A DNA stretch of 59,264 bases, counting the filler, from Trypethelium eluteriae (lineage: Eukaryota), in assembly GCA_051942245.1 (NCBI GenBank). It is 3 parts of 3 records of this genome, joined end to end, with 100 filler letters (N's around TTAATTAATTAA, not from the genome) between each part and the next. Parts side by side here need not be neighbours in the genome. Positions count along the whole stretch, not along the records: positions 19,815 to 39,499 come from JAVECL010000520.1; positions 39,600 to 59,264 come from JAVECL010000521.1; 1 more part is not named here. One strand, 5' to 3'. Positions 37,571 through 49,448 of this stretch are shown in pieces. The notes beneath the pieces are model-generated. The model was not told where the DNA came from. It saw only the letters and a list, made by a program, of their open reading frames with translations, and did no database searches. Each line of letters opens with the position of its first letter. Position 1 is the first letter of the stretch. A program made the position numbers and the translations under genes.

Positions 37571-38300
37571 TTCCTGCGAGTATGAAGGACTGATGTTCAA
37601 GATTGAGGAAAGGCATTATTATTGACATAGCCATACTACATAGTAATGAAAAATAGTCGCTTGCCTTAGAAATCAACCTACCAGCCGTTGACCACATTTC
37701 ATAAGGGCTTAAAGTAGATCGGCCCCCAATTCAGATGAACAACCAATCGATACGTTGCGCCTGCGCCCCCACGTTACAGCCATGTCAGCTGGAAGGAATC
37801 ATAGAATCCTTTGGTGTACTAGGAGTATGTATCAGAAGTTTTCGGTGTTGGTGCTCTGTATTCGCGGCCCCTGACGTTTAAAGCCTCGGCCTGGTTTCAG
37901 GAGCTCAGTCGCACGGCCTTCGAATTTTTCAATCTCAGGCCGTGAGCGTAATGCAGATACCACATCTCTGTGAAGCTTGCAGCAGATTTGTCCCTCCTTC
38001 ATCTGACGCGGCGCAATAATCTTGTCGGATTGTGAGCCTCGTCCGAGCCTCCAGCCATGAGGTCCAGAAACTTCCCACAAACCAGGGGGCCCCGAGTGAG
38101 ACTTTTGAGCCTGTTGAGCAGTAGTCCCTCGAGCATCGGGTATAGGTAATTTTAGATACCATGACCGGTGTACTTCGTAAGTCGTCAACGTTGGAGACAT
38201 TGCTGCCCGGGATTTCGCCTTGAATGAAGTTGAGGTACCGTGATGCTTTTGCAGGTGCTTTGCTTACCTATCTTAGTCTAGCCCCCTCAAGATCTGCCTT

Positions 38301-38338
38301 TCGTTCCGAGCCTTCGTACCGAGCCTTCGTTCCCAGCC
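38301..38338. repeat. Short tandem repeat, ~13-bp unit x3 (TCGTWCCGAGCCT)
   Basis: tcgttccgagcct-tcgtaccgagcct-tcgttcccagcc. Confidence 0.8.
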
Positions 38339-39105
38339 CCTGCTGCCTACCTCTAGGTACTTGAGTAATACCAGAAGTGTCACCTTTGATCGCAGATACT
38401 GGTCGGGCGTGCTTGGAAAATGTCATTCCCAAGGTAGATTTTCGCAAGGCTTATCACAAAACCAGCATTCTTGCTCCTTGTACGAAATGAGACTGTAAAA
38501 TTCTTCAAAATTCCCTCTCTTTAGCCAGATCTGCAAGGATTTGGATCTTCGCCATGGTCTGCCTGCATGCCAAGCATCCCATCGGTGAACAAAGCTAATA
38601 GCTAGAGCTCTAGCGTATCTACTGGGGCTATCCTCTTCGATCGAGTATCATCTTTGTCAATATCAACGTCTGTCGTAATGTATCCATACTCTATAAGCTA
38701 TTATCTACCCTGTGGCCTGTGCCTAGAAGTCGATGCTAACGCATTGACACCGCTTGAGATGTCGATAGTAGGACAAGGCCAACCAAAGAATGCATTGCGC
38801 ATTTGAGGATTACAGAGTTTCATAAGTTCGTATACATCTCGGGAGATGCTCCAGAGACTATCAAGGCTTATCAGAATTCATGGGCTATAGCCAATCCCCC
38901 GGACAGTTCTATCTCCCTAGGTTTTGGCGGCACTCGGCGAAATTTTAGCCATATATTGGCATTGAAACTATGCTGAGTAGAATGAGACTTGGAACCAGGG
39001 AGAGAAGGCATCATTCAACAGAGCTATCCAGAGGGTACGATATTGTATTCCTATTTGATACGTGTAGCAAGGCCCCAACAAGTTTCTGGAGCCTTGGCTG
39101 ACCTT

Positions 39106-39145
39106 TGACCACGCGTTCTGACCACGCGTTCTGACCACGCTCTGA
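39106..39145. repeat. Short tandem repeat, 13-bp unit x3 (TGACCACGCGTTC)
   Basis: Two perfect copies and one degenerate copy. Confidence 0.85.
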
Positions 39146-39398
39146 TTCCCACTCAGGGCATGCCGCCATTTATTGTTCTCGTCCGCACGTTCACACAAAA
39201 TAGACTACTTCTCCTATGTTCTGAGCTTTAGCTTTGTAAAACAAAAGTGTACCTCACAGGCCAATGGAACCAGCCAAGCGCCAATGCTGATACCAAGTCA
39301 TCTCCACAATGCCAAAAAAGAGGAGCAATAAGCCATGCAAAGCAAAAAAGTTCAAGGTAACTCCATAGCCTCCCGTTATCAACCCCTCCATTCGGCCC

Positions 39399-39499
39399 CT
39401 CCACTCTACCCCAACCCATCCTATCTTCCAGTTACTCCACCCCAACATCCTATTTCCCAATTACTCTCCCCCACCCATCCTATCTCCAAACTACTCCCC
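39399..39499. repeat. Degenerate C-rich ~30-bp tandem repeat abutting the gap
   Basis: About three units of CATCCTAT(C/T)T..CCA..TACTC..CCCC running into the Ns. Confidence 0.7.
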
Positions 39500-39599
39500 N
39501 NNNNNNNNNNNNNNNNNNNNNNNNNNNNNNNNNNNNNNNNNNNTTAATTAATTAANNNNNNNNNNNNNNNNNNNNNNNNNNNNNNNNNNNNNNNNNNNN
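39500..39599. other. Assembly gap with TTAATTAATTAA linker
   Basis: 44 N + linker (39544-39555) + 44 N. Confidence 0.97.
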
Positions 39600-40355
39600 C
39601 TCCCACTGCCCCTGCCCCTCACCCTCCGCTGGCCTCACCTGCACCTCCAGCGCCCTCAGCTGCAACTTCAAAAACAGCAGCTCCGAATGATCAAACGCCA
39701 GATCCTGCCTCAGCGCCTCATTCGCAGACCGCAGACCCAAGATCTCGTGGCTCGCCGCATCGAGCTGCTCGATGTGCACATCGTGCGCGTGCTGTACTTC
39801 AGCGAGACGGCATCGGAGTTGGGACGCTGCGTTTGTGACGCGGGTGAGGAGGGCGCGGGCGGTGCTGGAGAGGGCGTCGGCGGATGAGGTGGAGGCGGGG
39901 GAGGGGGCCAGCTCGGAGTGAGATTGTGCGCTGTCGGTGCGGGTGAGGGGAGGAGAGTCAAGTACCGCGGGAGGCTTGTCGCTGGGCGCAGGGGAAGAGA
40001 AGGTGGGAGGGCTGAAGGGGTCGTCGTCGGCGTTGTCGTTGTCGTCGTCGTCTGGCATGAAGAGGCCGGAGTCTCCGATGTCGGCGGGCTGACGGGTTTG
40101 GCTGACGACTTCGCCGAGTGCTTCCTCTATGCTATCGATGTTCTTGTGGAGAAGATCGTAAGTGTTCTCAGTGGGTTCCTTGCGCAGGATACGCGCTGCG
40201 ATGTTGTTGAGGCGTTGGACGACTTTTCTCTGCGTTACGGTCGGAGCATGCGTTGAGGAATCCATTGGTGATTCGGTGAAGTAGTCGGAGAAAGGTGAAT
40301 CGTGGTAAAGGAGGGGTTGAGGAGACTGTAGGGGAGTATGGAGCTCTGCGCTCAT
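39600..40355 (-). CDS. Hypothetical coiled-coil protein, 3' end lost in the gap
   Basis: ORF of about 250 aa with biased codon use and a heptad region ending LAFDHSELLFLKLQLRALEVQ; divergent from TRP2. Confidence 0.75.
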
Positions 40356-40759
40356 TGTGCTTATGCAGGTTCGGAACTGAATGCGATAAGGATCAGGATG
40401 CGCCGGAGGTTCGGAAAAGGGTTTGAACTGGAAATTGGTAGACTGAAAACATGGGATAGTAAGTCTAGCAGTTTAGTAAAATTGGAGAGCAAGGACCGAG
40501 GACAATAGCAAAGGCGACAATAGAGGTGGTAGCTTCACTTGTCCACGAGAAGCTGATGAGAGGAGGCTGGGGACGGAAGTGAGGGGCGTAAGAACCCCGC
40601 GTCACATGGCTCTTTGTATTTCCGCCCTTTGACGTAGACGTACGAAAAGGTACCACAATCAATACCGAAAATTTCACATCTGTTTTGTCAAGCGTGTTGT
40701 ACTCGAAATTTGTTTGCTTTGAAGCTGGAAACAGGGGCGACTAATTGGCAGGAGCTATA

Positions 40760-42766
40760 ATGCCTCGTAACGTTAGTTCAAGGCTGCACAGAAAATTGCT
40801 TTCATCCGCTGACAGTTTATTAGCAGGTAGTCCAGCCGTCACTGGAAACAGTGCGACAAGTTCTCTCGGCGGAAATCAACACTCCCAATCCTCCAAATCT
40901 AGTACCGTTATGTACCTCAATTTCTGCCGAGTTCCTCACCCCTTCCTCGATATACCTCAAGGTGTCCGCAAAGTCAGTGAGTCAGCACAGTACAGATGGA
41001 AGAACTGGATGTTGAAGCGTAGATCAGATCGGAGTCAAAATTGTCATTCCTGTTCGAAAGTGCGCCAACGACTGAGACTATAGGAAGATATAGCTTCATT
41101 GGAGCAGGTGCGTGGTATCTATAATCATCTCATTGGTGGTGCATTGGCTGACAAGGAATATTCTTGCAGACCCTCGAAAAGTAATCAAGACTGGACCAGG
41201 ACACGGCGCTGAAGCCGACCCACTTCCAATTCTTCAGCAAGAATTATCACAATGCCGCGAAGCCCAGATACCCGGACTGACCCTACCGCCGTTGACGGGC
41301 GGGGCCATCGGTTACGTAGGATATGACTGCGTCCGATATTTTGAGCCGACGACAAGAGCCGGAATGAAGGACGAAAAGGATATCTTGAAGGTTCCAGAGA
41401 GCTTCTTCATGCTCTTCGATACCATTGTCGCCGTCGATCATTTCTCCCAAACAGTCAAGGTCATTACCTATCTCAAAGTGCCTCAGGTCCTGGATGATTT
41501 AGAAAAAGCATATGAAGATGGCAAGGGGGTACTCCAAAGAATGGTAGATCTTCTACAGAATGAAGACGTTCCATTGCCTAAACAGCCACCAATCGCCCCG
41601 AAACAGCAGTATACATCGAATATTGGACAGGCGGGATACGAGAAACATGTTCGTACGTTGAAAGAGCATATCACACAAGGCAACATCATCCAATGTGTGC
41701 CATCACAACGGTTCAGGCGGCCTACATCATTGCATCCATTCAATATCTATCGTCATCTCCGGACCGTGAATCCATCCCCCTACCTGTTCTTCGTTGATTG
41801 CGAGACATTCCAGATCGTTGGAGCAAGCCCAGAACTACTAGTTAAGGCCGAGTCGGGACGAGTAATTACTCACCCAATTGCAGGTAGCTTAGCACGTGCT
41901 ATGTTCGATGAGGCTCTTTGGACGCTAATCAAACGCAGGGACGGTGAAGCGAGGCAAGACACTCGAAGAAGACGAGACTCTCGCGGAAGCGTTGCGTAGC
42001 TCCCTCAAGGATCGGGCCGAGCATGTCATGCTGGTCGACCTCGCGCGAAATGACATCAACCGGGTCTCAGAGCCGCTCTCGACTAGGGTTGATCGATTGA
42101 TGGTAGTGCAAAAGTTTTCTCACGTTCAACATCTAGTTTCGGAGGTCTCTGGAGTGCTGAGATCTGGTCAGACGCGCTTTGATGCCTTCCGGTACGCATC
42201 GATGGTCCCTGCACACGGTTATTGAACTCCCCACTAACAGGATTTTCAGATCAGTATTTCCGGCAGGAACGGTCAGTGGCGCGCCTAAAGTTCGGGCGAT
42301 GCGATTGATAGCTGAACTAGAAAAAGAGAAGCGCGGGGTTTATGCTGGCGCAGTGGGATACTTCGGATATAACAGTGTAAAGCAAGGCGTGCAGACGGAA
42401 GGCGCAATGGATACATGCATAGCACTGCGGACAATGGTGGTCAAAGATGGCGCAGCGTATCTCCAAGCAGGTGGCGGTATCGTCTTTGACTCTGACCCAT
42501 ACGACGAGTGGATGGAAACCATCAACAAACTGGGAGCAAGTATGCAGTGCATCGCATCGGCAGAGGAGAAGCACCTGCAGGATCCTCGACAGGGTGCGGA
42601 TCCTGAGCACCAAGATGGGAATGGATCAAGGGAAGCCGTTGAAGGACAAGAATTGGGCGTCCCGAGCGAGTCTAAGGACCGAGGAGGCCTGGATGCAGTT
42701 CTACGGGATGCTGAGCATCAGCCTCCCGCTGGACAGGCAGCACACATCGAGCTTGCAGCAGGATAA
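40760..42766 (+). CDS. TRP2: Anthranilate synthase component I
   Basis: Micro-exon MPRN (40760-40771) followed by five further exons. Motifs [64 protein letters not shown] and [11 protein letters not shown]. Confidence 0.96.
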
Positions 42767-44128
42767 GAGGGTGATGGGATTGGTTGAATTTACCCGCCGG
42801 GAAATGAAGTTGATCCCCAATAGACCTCAGTCAATCTCAATCTCTTGCGCAAGAGCGGCAAGACTAGTCGTCCAGATTCCAGTAGTCCGCTAATACGTCG
42901 AGTGCAATTTTGTGCAGCGCATTGCTTGAACGAGGGGGATTGACACTGCAATTCAGCTGGACACGGCCTGCAAGTTGCCTTGGATGGAGTGTGGTAGTGC
43001 AGGGGTCGCCTGTGGCGCTGCCTTGATGCTGGCGGAGAAGAACGGCCAGAAGCACCAGAAGCCCCAGGAGCGATGAAGCGGTGGCTGGGAAGGAGCGGGA
43101 ACTTGCGCCAGTCAGGCACGGATCAATGACGCATGATGGCCAGACCGACTCCAATAATTCCCGACCAAGCTAAGGACTAGAAGTGAGGAGCAACATTTGC
43201 CGATAAGATGTCTTTAGCTTCGCACCGCCACATCATCGTGTCTGATGTAAATGGAGAAGGTGAGAGGAGCCAAAGAGTCCGCCGTGGCTGTGGAGAAATG
43301 TCGGCCGGGATGGGACGTCAACTGGAATGAAGTTTCCACCGCTTCCATCACTTCTCCGCATAACCAACCAGTGACAGCACATCCGGCGTCCAGATCGCGA
43401 CCCATTTCGGCTTTACTCCTGGCTAGAGGTGCGACGGACCGGGAAGATGCTGCATCTCGCCCATTAGCTTCAAATGCTTGTAATGTTAGCGCTGCTGCTA
43501 TGGCTCCGCAAGTTTCACGCGTTTGCAATTGATTGGTGACGGACGCGCTTCTCCAGCTGGACGTAAAACTTTTTGTCCGATTCCAATCAAGTTTTCGGCG
43601 ACTTCCAGCTGTCCAGGTTAATTGCTTTAGGGTCTTGGTGACATTGGAGGCGCACTTTTCATGGCCCAGATCAAGTATCCTAGATGCTGCCGGAGCAATC
43701 ACCAGGCAGACAGCAAAAGCTTGGCAGGACAAGCGAGATGGATCCAAATTAGTCCCATAGCAACACCATCACCGCCCAACACAGATGTGATTGCATATCG
43801 ATGGAGTCTGGCAAGGTCCAAGCTTCAGATCCAAGGTTGCCGCTCCCCCGCGCGAAGACACGATACAACTGAGAAGCAGGCACACATGCACCATGGCTAC
43901 CGCTAAAAGAGCGATTGGGTAGGTGCCGCCCTCGTCATTCACCTGTCCAGGTCTCGCTTCAAAAGCCCTGCGTGCCCATCTCTGGTACCTTTCCTTCTCT
44001 TCTCCACCCTCATCTTGTATCAACACCGTTGACCTAGCCCTCAGCTGCCCTCTTCTGTATCAATCTTGCTTCAGCATCCTACAGAGCATCTTTCCTCAAC
44101 AGCTGTTCACCTTTCAAACCTAGTCAAC

Positions 44129-45141
44129 ATGAGGTCCTCCACCATTGTTCTCCTTGCCGGCGTTTCTGCTGCCTTGGCTCAGAACCTCCCTCCCTGTGCT
44201 GTAAGTCTTCCCATGATGGCCGATATCTTAGACGCCGTTTGAATGTCTGTTTGCTGACCTGCCTAATAGCAAACATGTATCAGCAACATGCAAGGCATTG
44301 CCGTCACCGACTTCCACTGCCAGTCCGGTAACGTCACTTGCTACTGCGCGGACCCACGTTTCGGCTACGGTATCCGCGACTGCTCGAACGAGGCTTGCGG
44401 TGCCGCGGTAGCTTCATCCGCCATCTCATTCGGCTATGACTACTGCGCAAGTAAGTGATGACTGATAGCCAGCGTCTCTGCAAAAAGAGCCTCAGACTAA
44501 CGGGACATCTTCTGTTAGGTGCTGTCGGTAGCTCCGCAGCGGCTTCCCAACTTCCTGGCGCGAGCGTCCTCTCCAGCGCTACAGCCGGCGGTGCAGGTGG
44601 TGCTTCGGGCAGCGGCAGCAGCAGCAGCGGCAGCGGCAGCGGATCTGCGTCAACCACTGGCTCGGCTGGTGGTGCAGGTGGATCTGGCTCGTCCTCTGCG
44701 TCCCCTACCCCTATCACCACCTCTCCTCTTATCGCCACTGTCACCGCCAGCAACACCCGCTTTGACACCACCACCGGCTCGACGACCATCTTCAGCACCC
44801 CTGGCGCAACCGGCGGTGTTGGCGGCGCTGCTGGCTCTGGTGCTTCGGGTGCTTCAAGCGCAGGCGGCTCTGGTGTCTCGGGTGCTTCAAGTGCAGGCGG
44901 TTCTGGTGTCTCGGGCGCCTCTAGCGCCGGCAGCTCGGGCGTCTCTGGTGCCTCCAGTGTCGGCAGCGCGGGTGTCTCCGGTGCTTCGAGTGTTGGTAGC
45001 GCGGGTGCCTCCGGTGCTTCCAGCGTTGGCAGTGCTGGTGCCTCGGGAGCTTCAAGTGTGGCCAGCGCTGCTCTTGCTCCTATCCAGACTGCCGGCCCGA
45101 TCCTCGGTGCTGCTGGTATCGCGGCCATGCTCCTCATCTAG
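44129..45141 (+). CDS. Secreted CFEM-domain, Ser/Gly/Ala-rich, probably GPI-anchored cell-surface protein
   Basis: Signal peptide MRSSTIVLLAGVSAALA; introns 44201-44269 and 44451-44518. Eight-Cys CFEM domain (LPPCA|QTCI..HC..TCYC..GIRDCSNEAC..YC). Hydrophobic C-terminus ILGAAGIAAMLLI. Confidence 0.92.
44839..45069 (+). repeat. 33-bp coding minisatellite x7 (G[AV]SGASS[AV]G[GS][SA])
   Basis: Seven 11-aa units in the CFEM stalk, diverged at synonymous sites. Confidence 0.92.
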
Positions 45142-45981
45142 ACAGTCGAAAGTGCATCGTCCTCGGTCTTTTCGATTCGAAAGGCATTGGATCTGCGAGC
45201 TGCATAGGTGGATGGGACGACTCCTGGCGTGGTAGTTTGATGGGGTGGATTGGATGAGCAGCCGCCTCTTGGTTTTTACCAAATCATGCATTTATGCGAC
45301 CCAGGCTCTTGACGTTTTTGCGTGCGACACGAGTCTTCCTTTCTCGTCATTCGTGCACGTTGCATTGAAGCTTTGATACCCACATCCTCTCAAGTGGAGT
45401 TTTTCGACTGGGAGGACTTAATCATGACTTCGACGATTAATAGCAACGATAGTTTGTAGAGAAAACTTAATAAAGTTCATGCTTGTAACCTACAGAGATA
45501 TGTGATTGTTGATTTTGGCTATTCTAAACCCTAAGCCCGTAATAATTATTGTTCAGCTTTTGGGAAGATGTGTGATTTACCCGTGCCGCCGCGGCCATCC
45601 GGCTGGCCACTCATATGTTCGCTGGGCTGAGCCTTGTGTCATAACGTAACAGTTACGCAACCCTGATGGCGTAATTTCAAGTCATTAAAAGAGCAGAATT
45701 AAGCTGAGAGCAATGTTAAAAGCCACGAGCAGCTGTCCGGGTAAGTTTTAAGAATACATAATTAACGCCTGTCCGGGAGAAGTTCCGAGTTCATGTCCGT
45801 CGGCGTTATCATTCTCTGCAGCTCATTGCAGCTATGCATCCTCCATCTCGAGATGCCGTCTCCGTTTGATAGCATCAATGTGTTACTCTCAAAGCAAAAT
45901 ACAGCATAATTCATTCCCCTTTCCCATCTCATAATTCTCCTCCTCACATCTCTGTCTCCGTCTCCACCTCAGACTGCCACT

Positions 45982-46317
45982 CTACGCACCCCCCTCCCTC
46001 TTCGCATACTCGTCTTCCATCGCCTCCTCGTACCGCTTCCCAGCATCCTTTTCCTCCTCGGTCACATCCTCGATCCTCCCTTGAGCACCTCCAGCTCCTC
46101 CTTCAATGGCGCCAGAACCAGATGAAGGCACATGGTAACGCTCTTGCACGGGAGCTTGGCCCGGCTCTCGTGACTCGCGGGCGACGGACGTGCCAGACGG
46201 GTCGGTGCGGGTGGCTTCGCGGTAAGAGGTGGTCTGGCCGTCGGAAGTGGAGGAGTATGAGGAATACGAAGAGGAGGAGTAGTAGGTTTGGCTGTTGTTG
46301 GTGTTGTTCGAAGACAT
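45982..46317 (-). CDS. Small hydrophilic Ser-rich hypothetical protein
   Basis: MSSNNTNNSQTYYSSSSYSS...GRIEDV...YEEAMEDEYAKREGGA, a C-terminus I recall from uncharacterised ascomycete proteins. An in-frame upstream ATG at 46509 is possible. Confidence 0.8.
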   Translation of the reverse strand: MSSNNTNNSQTYYSSSSYSSYSSTSDGQTTSYREATRTDPSGTSVARESREPGQAPVQERYHVPSSGSGAIEGGAGGAQGRIEDVTEEEKDAGKRYEEAMEDEYAKREGGA

Positions 46318-46763
46318 CTTCGATGAGGTAGACGGAGATTGGTTTAATGTTGATGTAGTTTGATTCGAGACGGAAATGGATTGGTTGGAATTGTAGGAGG
46401 TTTGATTATGAATTTTTGTGCGCTTTGCACGGGAAGGCAAGTCTTCGTCAGAGTCGTTTGTGGACTCGAAGCCGTATTTTGCGACAAATTTAATAGTACG
46501 TCGAACCATGGTGTCTGAGCTGTAATATATATGTTCAGGCTGGGAAGATTGTCAATATGACGTCATTGGATAGAGCTGTCGCGAAAGCTCGAGAATGTTT
46601 GTGAATATTCAATATCAACAGATGGCTGCGGTGCACAGCCACTCTCAGGTACATGTGACTCACAAATTGCGAGGTACTAAGTACCTTCCTTGGGTCGTGT
46701 GGTTGAAGCTTAAGGATTAATCGAAAGTGGCAGGCGCGTGGAACGTGGAAACTTGTGTGACTG

Positions 46764-47420
46764 TTAGGAAAGTGCCTTCAACTCTCTAATCTCGTTTACA
46801 TCCGCAACCTCGTCCCTATCAGTAATGGCAGCGCTATGAAACCACTGAGATCCGACGGTAGATTTGAGGTCGGCAATATTGGAAGAGCGAATACCTCCTC
46901 CAGGCATGATCGCTATCCTACCTTGACTACGCTCGACAAGTCTTTCAATTGTCTCTATGCCCGCAACGGCGCTTGTTCCACCACCAGCTGTAAGAATTGT
47001 CTGAAACCCACATCGGATGACTTCCTCGAGAGCATGGAGTTTATCTGGTATCTGGTCAAAGGCACGATGGAAGGTACAGCTTTTGGGACTCGCGAGAGTA
47101 ACCAGTTCTGTGTTTTGTGCAACATCAACCATTCCAGATTCGTCGAGAACTCCGAAGACGAAGCCGTCAGCGATATCCTTGAAGCGTGATATGTCATCTC
47201 TCATCTTTGTCAGTTCAGCCTCTGTGTAGACAAAGCTGCCACCACGCGGCCGATTCATGACAAAGATTGGGATTTGAACCTTGTTTCGAAGAAGTGTGCA
47301 ATCCTCTAAGCGTGGAGTGGTTCCTCCAACCGCGTAGTCAGCACAAAGCTCGATACGATCTGCTCCAGCTTCTTCTGCGAGGCAAGCGGAGTGATTGTTG
47401 AAGCACGCAATTTCAAGCAT
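46764..47420 (-). CDS. cutC: CutC-family (copper homeostasis) TIM-barrel protein
   Basis: Motifs MLEIAC, AGADRIELC..GGTTP, RPRGGSFVY, DGFVFGVL, TFHRAFD and IMPGGGIR. Confidence 0.95.
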   Translation of the reverse strand: MLEIACFNNHSACLAEEAGADRIELCADYAVGGTTPRLEDCTLLRNKVQIPIFVMNRPRGGSFVYTEAELTKMRDDISRFKDIADGFVFGVLDESGMVDVAQNTELVTLASPKSCTFHRAFDQIPDKLHALEEVIRCGFQTILTAGGGTSAVAGIETIERLVERSQGRIAIMPGGGIRSSNIADLKSTVGSQWFHSAAITDRDEVADVNEIRELKALS

Positions 47421-49234
47421 GATTATACCCGTCGCGGACACGATCTGTCTCGTACCAAGCTCGTACCGACCGCTCTCAAGCGCAGGTGGGGCCCTTAGAA
47501 ATCCGTAAGATACGAAGATAAGATCGTGAGCTTATGCTTTGGTGTAAGTTAAACCATTGGTAGGAAACTTGGGTAAAGAGAGTGGGAAGGAATTTTAGAG
47601 TACTCCATGGGCATCTATTCGAAGTTTTAGAACGGTGACTAAGCAGCTTCTCTGGGAGGACCACAACACCAGCCAGACTTGTTAAGCTTCAATCCCGCAA
47701 ACTCCTCCTGTCCAATCCATTTCCAACTTCAACGACAATTTACCAACGGGGAACGACCGGCAGGGCGCATTTTCAGTTGCAAAGCAACCATCCTGCTGGA
47801 GAATTTGTAGACAATTTTAGTACACGTGGGTTTCTGTGCCGCAATGGGGGCCTTGGGAATAGTGGCGGCTGAAGTAGCAGGTACCTACATCCTCCGTGCC
47901 ACGTTCAATAACTAAAAGAGGCACAAAGGAGTCGGTCAAAGTGCAAATGGCGATGAGTGGCGATTGGATGGCATTGCCATGAAAGAACAGATCGATGTAA
48001 ATTGACATGCAATTGCGGTGAGATCGACCTCAGCTGCGTTATAGTTGCAAAGGGAGGTAGGGCTTAACAGCATTCTGATGCTTCTTCGTGTTCTTCATCT
48101 TCAAAGTCTATGTCTGTCTTTCATTAACATTGATAAGCAAACAAGCGCTTCATTTTGAAGAAAGCCCGGGATTTGGCCTGGCCTCGACAGCTATGTTGTA
48201 GAGATTCGACATGGGATGGTGCATCTCCAACAGAGCATCACCGCCTCGCACACTGGTTTCACGATAAATGAGTCAAATGCTAGGTCTAGTAGATCCTCAT
48301 CTGACCTAGTTCCTTTTGCTACACAGTAAATAGAGCCTCCCAGCCAATCGTTCCCATTGCTGAGCGTTGCCGCCTAGCCATCGACTTTGCTCGCTCACCC
48401 ACTCGGCCTCTGATGGTTTGACCTCTCCTGGCCCATTTTCGAAAGCTACAAAACACCTAAGTCACTCTCATCGCCTTCCTGTTGCACTGTTAGTACGCTG
48501 CTTATGGCTCATAATAGCTTGCCCCTGTGACTTCAACTTGACGGCACAGAACAGGCACACCTCGAAGTTCTCCCGAGCTTTCTTTTTATTGCTCGTCATA
48601 CCAGCCTCGTCTGGGTTGGCCTCCTAGCTCCTGGTTGGGTCCTTATTGTACCCTATTACTGACCATTGGTCAAAAGAGGCACGGTGGCGCTTAACGAATC
48701 CTTTCTGCGAAAAGCGGAGTTCATTCCACAAACGCTGAGAAATAACGTGGTATGAAGCACAGATAGATGAATGGAACTTTCTACGCCGTGCAGGGTTTCG
48801 CCAGCAGAGAAGCAGGAACGAGCCCTCGTTGGCCTCTCCACGCAGCTTGCTTCTTTCGCAGGTCATCGCTGCGGCCATTCAACGGATCAGCTTCAGTCCA
48901 CTATGGGGCTAAAGCAATTAAAAATTCTGCACCTCTATCACACGCCTTGTCACTAGGCTTGATTGAAGCAAAGGTCTGCCTTCGCTCGGGTAAAGTATAC
49001 GTAGCTGCCTCAAGCGGCGCAAAGCGGCGTTCGATTGCGGAAGGCTTTGAGCGTGGGCTTCATCCCTGATGCCCACGTTGTCGGTACATGGGGAAACAAT
49101 ATAAGATTGCAGTCATCTTCTCAATCATAGGTACAATTTCCATCCAGTTCGATCTCCGCAGACAAACATCCGAAGTCTTCATCTTTTGCTAAAACGCTTC
49201 GCCTTAGTCACACCACACCTTTCTCTGATACACG

Positions 49235-49448
49235 ATGTCTGGACAAGGGCCCTCTTCGAGCAGCGTTAGTTGGTTCCGGTGCTGCTGGTGGTACAGCGGT
49301 AAATGCAAAGAGCCAAACAATAATGGCTGGGTGCGTGTGAATGGCGCTGCCTGCTCGTCCTGCTTGGTGAGAAGCCCGATTCCACTAAGCTTTACTGTCT
49401 GCTCTAACAGATGTATTGTAGCGGCATGGACAGTCGTCCAGGAGATGA
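49235..49448 (+). CDS. Spliced 52-aa Cys-rich microprotein (putative zinc-binding)
   Basis: Exon 49235-49366 (MSGQGPSSSSVSWFRCCWWYSGKCKEPNNNGWVRVNGAACSSCL), intron 49367-49421 (GTGAGA..CTAAC..TAG), exon 49422-49448 (RHGQSSRR*). Preceded by a pyrimidine-rich leader. Confidence 0.6.

Noticed and set aside
43214..43747. 177-aa minus-strand ORF upstream of the CFEM gene
   Set aside because: No motif or codon bias; more likely promoter sequence.
44839..45069. Regularly spaced repeats as a CRISPR-like array
   Set aside because: The units abut without unique spacers and are in-frame coding repeats in a eukaryotic gene.
44334..45137. 267-aa antisense ORF with LEAPE repeats
   Set aside because: Shadow of the CFEM gene's GC-rich minisatellite.
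45525..45538. Telomere-like CTAAACCCTAAGCCC
   Set aside because: Only one or two imperfect units; expected by chance.
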